From Octopus sinensis (Eukaryota), in NCBI RefSeq assembly GCF_006345805.1, contig NC_043001.1:11656001-11720000 (forward strand): a DNA stretch of 64,000 bases, read 5' to 3'. The translations under genes and the position numbers were made by a program. Position 1 is the stretch's first letter. Each line of letters starts with the position of its first letter. Positions 13,801 through 27,339 of the stretch are shown one piece after another. The notes beneath the pieces were generated by a model. That model ran no database searches. It was not told where the DNA came from and saw only the letters and a list, made by a program, of their open reading frames with translations.

Positions 13801-14623
13801 AAAAGTGTGTTTAATGTGGAGCTGCTTGAACATCATCATGAATGTGTTAGAAGAATGAAAGCTGTTGTTTTTTCCCTGATATGTATAGTGTGTTTTGGTC
13901 TTATTATGGAAAACGAAAATTCGTACACCACCGTGATCGAATTAGAATTTCATTCTTTCGGAGTCGATTAAATAAGTAATATTTAAACGCTGAACTCAAT
14001 GTCTTCGATTCAACCTCACCTCTATAGCTGCTGGCATTCTGCCAGAATTTTAAGACCATCATGAAAGTCTACGAGCGTCGATTAATTAATATATAGGTGA
14101 AAATGTATAAGTAAATTAACAGAGAATCGAAAAACCTACAGAGATGAAACAACGTGTGTTCAATATAACCCTATCTTCCAACCGTGAGAGAAAACGGTCT
14201 GCCATGTTACTGCGAATCCATGAGAGATAAAAAACAGATAGGACTCATGCGCCTGTTAAAATAATTCGTATCGATGGTACATTCTAGATTTTAAACCTAT
14301 ACTCAAATGTGAATGGAAGCGTCGGTTTTTGGATCAAATGTATTAGGTGTAAAAATTATGCTGTCGTTAATTACAGTAGAAGTTACAGTGTTGTGAACTT
14401 ACACATATGATAAGAAAATATACAGGTGGTATTTTCCTGTGATAACAAGAGCAGAATTTAGGTATAAGAGGACAAGGGAAAAGTGGGACAATACTGGATA
14501 TCAGTTATCAATTCAATGTAAAGTTAATACTTTGTTTGACTTCTCTACCACATGTGACACACAAGGAATATTTCATTAATATCCATGCATCATGTATGAT
14601 ACACACTGCCATTTTTTATTCAG

Positions 14624-14674
14624 TTACCAGAGAAATATGCGAATTATGTGAGGACAATTTTATCTTACTCAGAA
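14624..14674 (+). CDS. Candidate 51-nt exon (LPEKYANYVRTILSYSE or alternative frame)
   Basis: ttttttattcag acceptor and gtaaga donor; two open frames; isolated. Confidence 0.15.
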
Positions 14675-14689
14675 GTAAGAAAAAAAAGG

Positions 14690-14870
14690 GAAGCAAAATC
14701 TGGCAGGTGGCGCAGTGGTAAGAGTTTTCTTTTTTCTTAAACAAGCGGTTTGGAACGCAGTGCCACGGCAAGGCATCTTCTTATACGTGTACCGGAAACA
14801 CGGACCGACCAAGGCCTTTTGAGTGGATTTCGTAAGGGTAACGGAAACCATCCTGAAACACGCATATGTA
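14690..14870 (+). mobile_element. Diverged SINE family A-like 5' half
   Basis: tggcgcagtggtaag...cagtgccacggcaaggcatcttct...gagtggatttcgta. Confidence 0.6.
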
Positions 14871-15106
14871 TGTATGTGTGTGTTTTTTTGTTTTTGTTTG
14901 TGTGTGTGTGTGTACGTTTTTGTGAGCGCACACGCGCGCGTTTGTTAGAACCTGCCTATTTCTTTAGTGATGGGTAAATTGAAAAACAGCCACGGAAGCA
15001 CGAAGACACATAGAAAGACATTTAGAGATACACACACATACAAAAACAGTTGTGTGTGTATATATATATATATGTGTGTGTGTGTGTTTGTGTGGTTGTA
15101 TTCGCA

Positions 15107-15170
<64 letters not shown>

Positions 15171-15453
15171 TGAGGGTACTACTATTCATAGATACCGCAC
15201 GCTAAGAGGACCAATGCGGTCAAAACTACTAAACTAAACAAAATTTTACCGAATGCAAAACTTCAAAGCAAGTCACTTAAAAAAATAATTTAGTTACATA
15301 TCACCTGCGAAATCACAGGTGATATATAACTAAACTATTTTTTTAAGTGACTTGCTTTGAAGTTTTGCATTCGGTAAAATTTTGTTTAGTTTAGTAGTTT
15401 TGACCGCATTCGTCCCTCTTAGCGTGCGGTATCTATGAATAGTAGTACCCTCA
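15171..15453. mobile_element. 283-bp fold-back MITE inserted in (TA)n
   Basis: Near-perfect ~137-bp arms beginning tgagggtactactattcatagatacc, ~8-nt loop, (TA)n on both flanks. Confidence 0.9.
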
Positions 15454-15497
<44 letters not shown>

Positions 15498-16380
15498 ATA
15501 TATATATCAAAAGGATGTGTTATAAATATTCCGCACATACAAAAACAGCCATACCAACAATCCAACATACCTCCATCATCAGCTGCCCGACATATATCAT
15601 TATGGTTTCGACACCTGGGCAGTACCATCCATTCCACTGGTGTCAACGGCACTAAAACAATTTCAAATACATTTACCCTATGTTCAATAGTATCTGTTCA
15701 TAAATTCAGTAACTAAATCAACAACCAACTTCTAAATATGTAACTAAACAGCGACCAAATCTTTAAATCATACATTTTAATCCCTACAGTCTTCCATAGT
15801 ATAATAAAAGTGAAAGCATAGTAACCACACTAAGTCAATCTAAATATAGACAGGATTAAACACTAACTTTAAAATCACACTATAACACGAAACACATAAA
15901 TGTATGTACATCTGTATCGCTATTAATATTAAACCTACAATAACTAAATTATTTACTAAATACCGACCAATCTTTTAGTCTATACAAATTATAATCCCAT
16001 CAGTCTTCCATAGTTAGTACTATGAAAAAAGAGAAAGCTTATTTGAATTATAATTATGAGTGAAATCCAATATTTCATAATCCAAGATTTAATAATAAAA
16101 ACACTGCATACTCTTAATTATATTAACTTTACAAGATTTAATATAAACTTACCAGAAAGTAACAGAAACATTAAATTTATTACATAGGAACTAATGAAAG
16201 TATACCTGTAATTAAATATTATTATAAAGCCTTGCTACGATTAAAGCTAAATTGTTTAAAAGATAATAAAACTATAAAGTATTAACGCTTACATTTTTCG
16301 GCAAACCATCACTTCTAGAACTTCAAAGATTATCTGACGTAGTACGTAATTACAACTTCCTTAACAGTCTCAAACAATAT

Positions 16381-16564
16381 TTGTGATGTAGTAAGCAAGT
16401 AACTTGAATCGTGAACATTTCCAATCTTCAGTACGCCATATTCATTTAAAATTTCAAGTCTCTATCAATCTACCTACCTCCCTACCTCCTACCTACGTAC
16501 CTACCTACCTACCTACCTACCAACCTACCTACCTACCTACCTACCTACCTACCTACCTACCTAC

Positions 16565-16597
<33 letters not shown>

Positions 16598-16645
16598 AAT
16601 CTACCTACCTACCTACCTACCTACCTACCTACCTACCTACCTACA

Positions 16646-16718
<73 letters not shown>

Positions 16719-16859
16719 CGCACTCCCTTTGACTCTCTCTCTCTCTCTCTCTCTGTATACATATATATATGAAATGGTCCTTTTCATGCCGATTTCTACT
16801 TGGTGAAATTACTGATTACTTCTTAATTAATTAATTTCACTCTTTGTTATTATTGATAT

Positions 16860-16935
<76 letters not shown>

Positions 16936-17850
16936 TTGTAAATATGTATGTATCCTTTTTTAATGTGTACGAATAACAAAGACAAAGCAGATAAATGGTT
17001 ACCAGGGTAGTAAAAATTCAAATAGGCGCCAAACATACTATAGACTGCCTATAAAGTTTGAAATTCCAGGGTTAGGTGAGATGTTTTTGTATGACATGGG
17101 TAAATTACGAAGTGGAGTTAAACGCAGGTTTTATTCAAACCATTTATACTTCCAGCATATGTTATGAAGAATGGCTTTGAGATTATTCCGCGGGGAATCA
17201 AAATGATGTAATGCAATGCATTCAGGGAGGAAAAGCAACAAACACATCAATAAGCTATTTTAACCGAATGCGATTACCGATCAGCATATATCGACCTTTA
17301 ACTGTTTTCAAATCTTTCATTTCCACTACATATATCAATTTCCGCTGTTTTAAACTTTATTCCCATTTATTTCTCATATTATATTTTTCCACTCTTAATT
17401 TTCTGTTAACATCTTTCTTTCTCCTCTTTCTCTGTCTCAATATTACCTTTGACGTTAAATCTATTAACGGGTTTTTTTTTTGTTAAATATACCTAGCGTT
17501 CTCCTTACATTATACATTTACGGACGTGGTAATCACATTTTATTTCTTTTCTTCCCTCACGACATGAATGCATTGTTTTACATCATTTTTATCCTCTCCG
17601 GAATAATCTCAATGCTATTTTTCGAAACATATGTTGAAAGACAAAATGGTTTGAACACCTGCGTTTGACACCATTTCTTCTTCTTATATATATATATATA
17701 TATTTGTGATGTAGTAAGCAAGTAACTTGAATCGTGAACATTTCCAATCTTCATAAACATTTGCTAAGTTCAAGATTAGATAGTACTCCATATTCATTTA
17801 AAATTTCAAGTCTCTATCAATCTACCTACCTCCCTATCTCCTACCTACGT
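16381..17850 (+). repeat. Local direct duplication (16381-16490 and 17703-17850)
   Basis: ttgtgatgtagtaagcaagtaacttgaatcgtgaacatttccaatcttca...tctctatcaatctacctacc occurs twice; the first copy lacks about 35 bp. Confidence 0.9.
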
Positions 17851-17873
17851 ACCTACCTACCTACCTACCTACC

Positions 17874-18188
17874 TTCCACATCCAGGGTAAGGAGCAGATA
17901 CTGTAATAGTCTGGGGTTCAGGGGCCCTCAGCTTTTCAACAAACTGCCAAGAAAACTAAGAGATCTACATGATGCGGATGTGGACATTTTCAAAAAACAT
18001 CTAGAAAAGCTGCTTTCCGGGATCCCAGATGAACCACTGCAAGGTACGAAGGTAACCTAAGGCAGCAGCTACAAACTCTCTCTTAGATCAGTGGCCAGCC
18101 ACGGCAAACTGGACTTAGAGAGGGTAGCAAGGGCGGTGCCCCAGCATGGCCTCAGCCGGATGGCTGAAACAAGTAAAAGAGAAAAGAG
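17874..18188 (+). mobile_element. CR1/L2-type LINE 3' fragment
   Basis: RYCNSLGFRGPQLFNKLP..LRDLH..DVDIFK..L..LLSGIPDEP; same family as 31751; tail gctgaaacaagtaaaagag. Confidence 0.85.
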
Positions 18189-18246
<58 letters not shown>

Positions 18247-18332
18247 TATATATGTTATATATATATTATGTATTATATATATATATATAATTGTATATAT
18301 ATATGTATATATATATGCATATATATATATAC

Positions 18333-18398
<66 letters not shown>

Positions 18399-18889
18399 AT
18401 ATACATATGTATATATATGTATGTATATGTATATATACATATATATATATAATGTATATATATATGCATTTATATTTATGTATATATACATGTATATATA
18501 TGCATTTATATTTATGTATATATACATATATATACATATATGTATATATATGTATATATATATATATACATATATATATGTATATATATATGTATATATA
18601 TATTTATGTATATACATAAATTTATATATATATATATTATATATTCACATACACATATATGCGTGCGCACACGCACACTCATATGCAATCCTAAGTACAT
18701 TTAACATTGAGCTTCTCAAGAGTTTGACCCCATGAAGCTTTGGTGATCTAATTAGAACATCTAATCGTACTGTATATGGAAAACCTAAAGAAAAAATGTT
18801 TTAAGATATGAAAATAGTGGAAAAGTATAGAACACTATAGTCTCCTTATTTTATAAACTACTTGGGGCGGGATAAATAAAATTTGTTTA

Positions 18890-19620
18890 TCATCAACATC
18901 ATCATCATCATCATCATCATCGTTGTCATCCTTATTTATCTCCTGTTTTCCATGCTGGCAATTTTGGGCTGTTTGACTGGTGCTTCACTAGTTTTAGCAT
19001 GGTTGCTACAACTGGACGTCTTTCTAATCCCAACCGCATTACAAAGTGTACTGGGTACATTTTTCGTGACACCAACACTAGTCCTTTTTACGTCGCATCA
19101 TCAATAGTACTTTGTAGGCGGCTCTGGTACCAGTTGCTTTTACGTGGCAACGACACCAGTGCTTTTACGTGGCACCAACACCATCTCTTTTATGTGGCAC
19201 CAGCACCGGTGCATTACCTGACACCAGCGTCAGTGCTTTTTACGCGGTACCAGTGCTTTTTATGTGGTGCCAAAATCAGTGCTTTTTATGTGGCACCAGT
19301 ACGGTTTACGTGGTATGGGCACCAGAGCATTTTGCGTGACAGCATCACCAGTGATTTTTATTTGCCACCAGAAACAGTGCTCTTTATTACCACCAGTACT
19401 TTCTTTTGGCACCAGCACCAGACCTTTTTACATAGGACCAGCACCAGTGACTTTTTCCTCATACCAGCACCAAGACGGTCATCAACTACCTTGCAACACA
19501 AAAGGCCCCCAAGTGAGAGGATCAAGTAGTATTGAGTGGTGCAGAAGCCATTTGGGAGTCTTAAAGTATAAAGGGGGAGATGATGGTGTCTTGCTGTACA
19601 GTAGATGCACGCATATCCGA
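18890..19620 (-). repeat. Degenerate ~25-30-bp minisatellite (tttttacgtggcaccagcaccagtgc) next to (CAT)n, probable retroelement 3' remnant
   Basis: Many imperfect copies at 19080-19470; retroelement origin is inference. Confidence 0.55.
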
Positions 19621-19889
19621 ATCGTAAAACAAAGAAAAGTAAGTTGGAGATTAAGATAAAGAATGTGATAATGAGAGAAGAGGTGGCATAGATGTGTCAG
19701 GACACAATTTCAAGGGACATTGGGGCGGGGTTGACAATAGTTGAGGTGATATAGAACCTTGGGGTGGGCGATGAGACAAAATAGGGTGACTGTTTCAAAT
19801 GATAACTTGAAATATAGGAGAAGTTAGGGGTATGTTTGTGCTAGATATGTGAGGGCATTGAAGTTGATGGCAGGTAAGTGAGACGTTTT

Positions 19890-20148
19890 GGAGGCGAGTG
19901 GCTAGTGGTTAGGGTGTCAGCATCATGATCGTAAGATTGTGGTTTCGATTCCAGGACCGGGCGACGCGTTGTGTTCTTGAGCAACACATTTTATTTCACG
20001 TTGATCCAGTTCACTCAGCTGGTAAAAATGAGTAACGCTGCGATGGACTGGCGTCCTGACCAGCTGGGAAACACATACGCCATAGAAACCGGGAAACCGG
20101 GCCCATGAGCTTGGCTAGGCTTTAGAAAGGGCGAATTTATTTATTTTT
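19890..20148 (+). mobile_element. tRNA-derived SINE family C
   Basis: Box A tggctagtggtt, box B ggtttcgattcc, CORE-like ttgagcaacaca, (ttta)n tail; head paralog at 63690-63865 (-). Confidence 0.85.
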
Positions 20149-21633
20149 TAAGTGAGAAGTTGATGGATAACAACAGAGGGAAGGCGCAATTTATTTATAC
20201 AGTGTTGAGATGCAAATGAGATGAACACTCGTAGAAGATTCAATACGTTGAATACTTTTTATAAAAAATTGATTTTTGTGAAAAACAATCATAATTCGCC
20301 TGAACATAATGTCGAAAATCAATTCACAATATGCACATAATTCTTTTAGCTACTGAAGGATATTTTCTAGTGGAAAAGAATCCAAAACATTTCAGGAGAC
20401 ATCTTTAAATATTTGGTTTTTACTCTACGATCACTGAATCTAGAAACCTATAATTTTCTAGAGAATTCCAAATCGAGATCAGCTAGAATTTTCCTTAAAA
20501 GGTTCACACATTCTGTGATATTATTTGTGTATATTGATATAAAGTAAAAGCCCATTTTTCTCTAAGTGTTGTCAAATGTGCTGCCATGATATGTGCTATG
20601 TTCCTTCAAATGCGTTTAATTTAAGAAAGGAAACATTTCCCGATTACTATCCCTCACTTTCCGTTTCCAAATTACTGTTTCCTGAAATACTGTTTAGTGT
20701 ATATATATAGATTGGATATTATTGCCATTTTTGCTTTGGGTTCCTCTTTCATATTCCTGTCAAATAATCGATGATCAAAACAGAAAATTGCCATGCATGA
20801 TATTCAATAAAAGTTCTGTTCATTTGCTTATTTATATAGAAATCATTGTGGAGATATTCACATCGCGTAGCATAATTCCTTGCTTCGGTGTGTAAAAGCA
20901 ACTTAAACGTTTGTGTTGCGAATATCTCTTAATATACAGTACCATACAAAAGTCTTCGGCCACTTTAAACTCTCACAAATTTCTAATCATTGACAACTTA
21001 CAGGTGTATTTTTTGCGTTGCGTTTTTATTGATGAAATATTGGCCCTGTTGGAGTTATTTCTATACCTAATCATTATATTTTGTAGTAGGGGTTCTGAAT
21101 CAGAGGGGAAGGTACGAGGCACCACCAAACCAGGCTGTGCAAAATTTTTCGGCTACCTCACATTAATTAATCAATATATAGTCATTTAAAATAGAAATAA
21201 GCGAGTATTTGTCAGACTAAATTATAATTCAGAGACAAGATAACAATGTCCCATCATTATATGTTATAAATTTTCAAAATACCGCGCGCAGTTATTGAGG
21301 CCGGTTACTGACGAGAATTCGCCTGGTGGATAACATTGCTTTACTAAATTACCTATTAAAGGATGGCAAGTAATATTATTTACTAAAGAAATTCAAAACC
21401 ATGGTATAACCGTTAAATAACAAGGTAAAAGATTTTATTTTCATTTACTTCGAAATTTGCTATTAAATTGTGGTTTTGGCTGTGTTGGCTGCTATTTCTA
21501 GCAAGTACAAATTACCTGTTAAAGGGTAATTTTCTATTTTAAAATATGAATATGTCGTCTATTAACTATTTATACATGCTGGGCCACTGGTGGTGATATC
21601 TATAACGAATATTCGCCACCCTATATATATATC

Positions 21634-21667
<34 letters not shown>

Positions 21668-21842
21668 ATAAATATTAGGGAATATATCCAAATTTACAGG
21701 GAAAAAAAATCAGATTTAGGATTAAATCCAATTTTATAGTAAAATATTATAAAATATTATTTGAGACAAAACCACTATTTTGCAAAACAAACAAGGAAAG
21801 ACTTAATCAATACATAAAATTTAAAATAGTCAAAAAAAACCG

Positions 21843-21885
21843 CCACTACAATCGTTTCTTGTCTTGATCGACAATCTTCAGGTGG
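21843..21885 (-). ncRNA. Type I hammerhead ribozyme fold
   Basis: Exact mirror of 24783-24825. Confidence 0.75.
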
Positions 21886-24782
21886 ACTTCCAATCTAAAA
21901 AATCAAAATTTTAAAATATAAAAATAATACTTTTAAATAATTAAAGTATAAATGAAAAATATAAGTATATAATCCATATATAACCTATATATAATCCATA
22001 TCGAAAATATAGACTAATTACCACGAATTCCCTAAAAAAAACCATGATAAAACAAAACTCTTAAAAACATATAACGATAAAATCTCCATTTGCTAAACTC
22101 TATAACAAACCTATAAAGTAAACCCCCTAACCTAAACATTCACACACAAATACACACACGTAAACCACAAACTCACGACTTATACACATACCTATACTAA
22201 CTTATAAACCTCAATATACACCAAAACCCACTCCCTCCCCACACAGACAAATTAACACATACATCCCAAAACTAAATAACAAACCCATATACACATTCAC
22301 ACACAAAACACACACTCACACGCAAAACACTCACACACCAAAATATACATATACTCCCTCACATATACGCCTATACATACTCACTAAACTCGACATATAC
22401 AACAATACTTACACACCCACAAAAAACATTATATACATTTATGAGCTTTAACTCACCTTAGCATCTCTAACAAACAACTTGCAGTAACCCAATCCCATTC
22501 TCTATGCCTACCTCACTACTACACTATTCCATTCACATTCCAAGCAACGCTAGTCCACCACCCGGTTATTCACGTGGCAAAACGAACACCACTCAAAAAT
22601 TATGAATGAAACAATGTAAAAAAAAACCAACACCTAAAATATACAAAATACCACGAATTACCTAAAAAAAACCCTGATAAACCAAAACTCATAAAAGCAT
22701 ATAACGATAAAATCTCCCTTTGCTAAACCCTATAACAAACTTATATAGCAATCCCCCTAACCTAAACATTCACACACAAAAAACCCACACTTAAACCACA
22801 GACCCAAGACTTATACACAAACCTATACTAACTTATAAACCTCAATATACACCAAAAACCACTCCCTCCCCACACAGACAAATTAACACATACATCCCAA
22901 ATCCTAAATAACAAACCCAAATACCATTCACACACAAAACACACACACACGCAAAACACACACAACAACAGATACATATGCTCCCTCACATATACGCATA
23001 TACATACTCACTAAACTCGATATATACAACAATATTTACACCCACACTCATACAGATAAATAAATTAATTATACAATTAAAAACTCACAACCAATCTCAT
23101 ATACATAAACACTCTTATGAAAACAACAATAAATACATCGTAATTAACCAGAATATCAAAAATAACATTATGACATAAGGATAAATCAAATACATACTTA
23201 CAATTCAGTTACAAATTATGAAGTGAAATTAGATTTTTAGCCGTTAAAAAACCAAACAAAATTACGTTACCATGGAAAGAACTAATGTAAAAAAAGAATA
23301 CGCGCCATAGAAAGTAAACGTCATTCATAGTATGAATGGAGAAATATAATAAATGGAACTAAAAACTATTTCCACGTAGCAAACCAACGCTACTTAAAAA
23401 AAATTTATTATGAATGGATTCTTTAAAAAATATCATGAAAAATCAATTATACATTATGAGCTTTAGCTCACCCTAGCAACTCTAACAAACAACTTACAGT
23501 AACCCATACTCAATGCCTACCTCATTACCACCCTAATCCATTCACAATTCCAAGCAACACTAGTCCACCACCCGGTTACAATTCCCAACTCTACCCATTC
23601 ATTCACAATTTCAACGACGTTCACTTCAACAACTCTACATATAAGCCTCAACATATACACCGGAGATACACTTACACATCCGTGCGGATGGGTGAGAGTA
23701 TACATTAAGTGTAGTGATGGGGTTCCCATTTCTAAACACATTTGTACCTGTGTGGTAGTCTCCATGTGTATATTCACGCACGGGTGTGTTAATTTGTCTG
23801 TGTGGGGAGGGAGTGGTTTTTGGTGTATATTGAGGTTTATAAGTTAGTATAGGTTTGTGTATAAGTCTTGGGTCTGTGTTTAAGTGTGGGTTTTTGTGTG
23901 AATGTTTAGGTTAGGGGGATTGCTATATAAGTTTGTTATAGGGTTTAGCAAAGGGAGATTTTATCGTTATATGCTTTTATGAGTTTTGGTTTATCAGGGT
24001 TTTTTTTAGGTAATTCGTGGTATTTTGTATATTTTAGGTGTTGGTTATTTTTTACATTGTTTCATTCATAATTTTTGAGTGGTGTTCGTTTTGCCACGTG
24101 AATAACCGGGTGGTGGACTAGCGTTGCTTGGAATGTGAATGGAATAGTGTAGTAGTGAGGTAGGCATAGAGAATGGGATTGGGTTACTGCAAGTTGTTTG
24201 TTAGAGATGCTAAGGTGAGTTAAAGCTCATAAATGTATATAATGTTTTTTGTGGGTGTGTAAGTATTGTTGTATATTGTCGAGTTTAGTGAGTATGTATA
24301 GGCGTATATGTGAGGGAGTATATGTATATTTGTGTGTGAGTGTTTTGCGTGTGAGTGTGTGTTTTGTGTGTGAATGTGTATATGGGTTTGTTATTTAGGT
24401 TTTGGGATGTATGTGTTAATTTGTCTGTGTGGGGAGGGAGTGGGTTTTGTGTATATTGAGGTTTATAAGTTAGTATAGGTATGTGTATTAGTCGTGAGTT
24501 TGTGGTTTACGTGTGTGTATTTGTGTGTGAATGTTTAGGTTAGGGGGTTTACTTTATAGGTTTGTTATAGAGTTTAGCAAAGGGAGATTTTATCGTTATT
24601 GTTTAAGAGTTTTGTTTTATCATGTTTTTTTTTAGGGAATTCGTGGTAATTAGTCTATATTTTCGATATGGATTATATATAGGTTATATATGGATTATAT
24701 ACTTATATTTTTTCATTTATACTTTAATTATTTAAAAGTATTATTTTTATATTTTAAAATTTTGATTTTTTAGATTGGAAGT

Positions 24783-24825
24783 CCACCTGAAGATTGTCGA
24801 TCAAGACAAGAAACGATTGTAGTGG
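24783..24825 (+). ncRNA. Type I hammerhead ribozyme fold
   Basis: ccac-CUGAAGA-uuguc(gaucaa)gacaa-GAAA-c(gauu)g-UA-gugg: full core, stems I-III, GUA cleavage triplet. Confidence 0.78.
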
Positions 24826-25428
24826 CGGTTTTTTTGACTATTTATTAAATTTTATGTATTGATTAAGTCTTTCCTTGTTTGTTTTGCAAAATAGTGGTTT
24901 TGTCTCAAATAATATTTTATATATATATATATATATATATTCAGCTGTTGAATTGGAAAATTCTGTATGTGGCTGAAGGTTGCTCGACATTTTAAAACTG
25001 ATGTAATACTTACAGTGTTTAATAAAATGAAGTAGCATGAAACAAATTGAACTACTCTACCTTGGATATCCTTGTTGCTTATTTTGATTATAATCACCCC
25101 ATTTGATTTATATGGATAATACCAAACAAAATTCTGGTGCCTTTAACTTAAGTACCATATTCATCGGAATCTAAATTTTGCTGAACTTATATATAAATGT
25201 ATATATATATATCGGTGCATCAGCATGGCCGCAGCTCTGAGCTGAAACTAGAAATAAAAAAATATATATATACACATCTGAATCTCAATTTTGCTGAACT
25301 TATATATATATACATCTGAATCTCAATTTTGCTGAACTTATATATAAATGTACATATACATATATATATATATATCAGAAATATTAAATTTCTAAATATC
25401 TCATACAGATATGTACGGTGGTGGGGCG

Positions 25429-25721
25429 ATAGAATGGTTGTATACTGTCAATCTAACGTGAACGTGACAGTAGGGGATTAAACCACCGCTGTTTAGCCCT
25501 AGGAAGCATCGACGCTTCCTGATGGCGTCGACACATTTTTTTCCTGTGTCCTTATATATTACGAAGGGGGGTTGTCTCTCCTTCGTAAATATATAAGGAC
25601 ACAGGAAAAAAAAATGTGTCGAAGCCATCAGGAAGCGTCGATGCTTCCTAGGGCTAAACAGCGGTGGTGTAATCCCTACTGTCACGTTCACGTTAGATTG
25701 ACAGTATACAACCAATTCTAT
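25429..25721. repeat. Fold-back element, ~140-bp arms and 12-nt loop
   Basis: 25429-25567 is the reverse complement of 25580-25721; right end runs into (TA)n. Confidence 0.9.
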
Positions 25722-25750
25722 ATGTATGTATATATATATATCTATATATA

Positions 25751-25781
<31 letters not shown>

Positions 25782-26384
25782 ATCGTATATATACACATAT
25801 ATATATATAATTGGTTTTCGGTGGCGTAGTTATCACAGAGGTTTTATAATATCTGAATGTGAATATAATGTTTCTCAATGTTTCTTAAATAACACAGCTA
25901 CCACCACAATTTATATAAATCTTGGTTGAAATTCCTTTTCAAATGTTTTCTTTTCCATTAGAATCTACATTATATAGAAAGCTGTAATAGCATCCGGCTT
26001 CTGCCTGTTTAACAATTGTTTCATGCACTTTCAATAAGTCTACCACAGCGTGAGCACCACAAACAATAATAATAGATGATTTCAATAATAAATTCCAAGT
26101 TTTAACCATCAAAAATAATTTTATTCGGTCTGCTGCCTGGCGTTTCATCGCCAAAAAATTAGATTAATTGTTTGATCTCCATCAATAAAAATAATACACT
26201 CCAAAAGTTGCATATTGGTTAATGCTTATTAATTTGCAAATAAAAATTTGAATATTGAAGCTTGTCATCAATATATAATTCTGAACAGGAAATTTCATTA
26301 TATGCCTATACACTAAAATTTGTATGATACTTGTTAATATACCTTTGCTTGCATTGTATTCTGTTATTGATTTATTGTTTTATT

Positions 26385-26560
26385 TGTTTCAGTAATTTGA
26401 CAGTGGTCATGTTGGAGCACAGCCTTTAGTCGGGCAAATAGACCCCAGGACTTATTCTTTGTAAACCTAGTACTCATTGTATCGTTCTCTTTTCACGTAA
26501 ACACACTATTATCGGTAGGCAAACGATGTTGGGGGGACAGACAGTTACACGCAAACATAT
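26385..26560 (-). mobile_element. SINE family A, 3' half
   Basis: Match to family A. Confidence 0.8.
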
Positions 26561-26568
26561 ACACAAAA

Positions 26569-26601
<33 letters not shown>

Positions 26602-26619
26602 TATATATAATATATATAT

Positions 26620-26790
26620 AATAAAGGGAAAGTTTACGAAATAAACAAAAGACGAAGGCAGGTGAGTAGTACAAACAAACAAATGTATTAGTATAGCGCT
26701 CAGGAATAGAAAAAGTCCTTTTACGTTTCGAGCCTACGCTCTTCGACAGAAAGATAACAGAAAAAAAAACAAGGAGAGAAAAAAAATGCG
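26620..26790 (-). mobile_element. Short PLE-type element with variant hammerhead (26718-26753)
   Basis: cttt-CUGUCGA-a-gagc(guag)gcuc-GAAA-cgua-aaag; paralogs at 27340 and 46295. Confidence 0.65.
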
Positions 26791-26814
26791 TATATATATA
26801 TAATATATATATAT

Positions 26815-26858
<44 letters not shown>

Positions 26859-27339
26859 TATATACATGCATACATGGGTACAGGACGTTAACAACAGTGC
26901 ATGTAGCATATACATGAGAGTTAAAAACAAGATGTGGACAGTAGTTACAGGATAAAATGAGTGAAATACGTAAACAACGAGAAACAATTGGAAAGCTGGA
27001 CGAGTCGACCCGAAAGAAAAAAAAAACACTTCATCACTTGTCGGCTACTCTATCTACTACTCATTTCCACCATTCAAATGACAATATGTTTTCAAAGAGA
27101 GTAGATCCCATCAATTCTATAATCTGTATGTATACATATACATATGCATATACATTATATATATACATATTAATTATTTAATTGAACGTGATGCATCCAT
27201 TCCCAAGTAAGTATATATATATATATGTATATATATGATGCATATCTATATATTATGTACATATATATATATACTATGTATGTATATATGTATATATATA
27301 TATGCAAATATATATGTGTATATATATGCATATATATAT

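Larger units (their letters stand above)
21662..24917. mobile_element. Penelope-like composite with ~1.13-kb inverted arms (21755-22890 and 23787-24917)
   Basis: Arms are reverse complements, with internal tandem duplication and strong CA/GT strand skew; hammerhead fold in each arm; (TA)n on both flanks. Confidence 0.8.

Noticed and set aside
19000-19529. 176-aa ORF
   Set aside because: Produced by a degenerate minisatellite.
25505-25540. cctgatggcgtcgacac as a hammerhead core
   Set aside because: CUGAUGG and GACA both break invariant positions.
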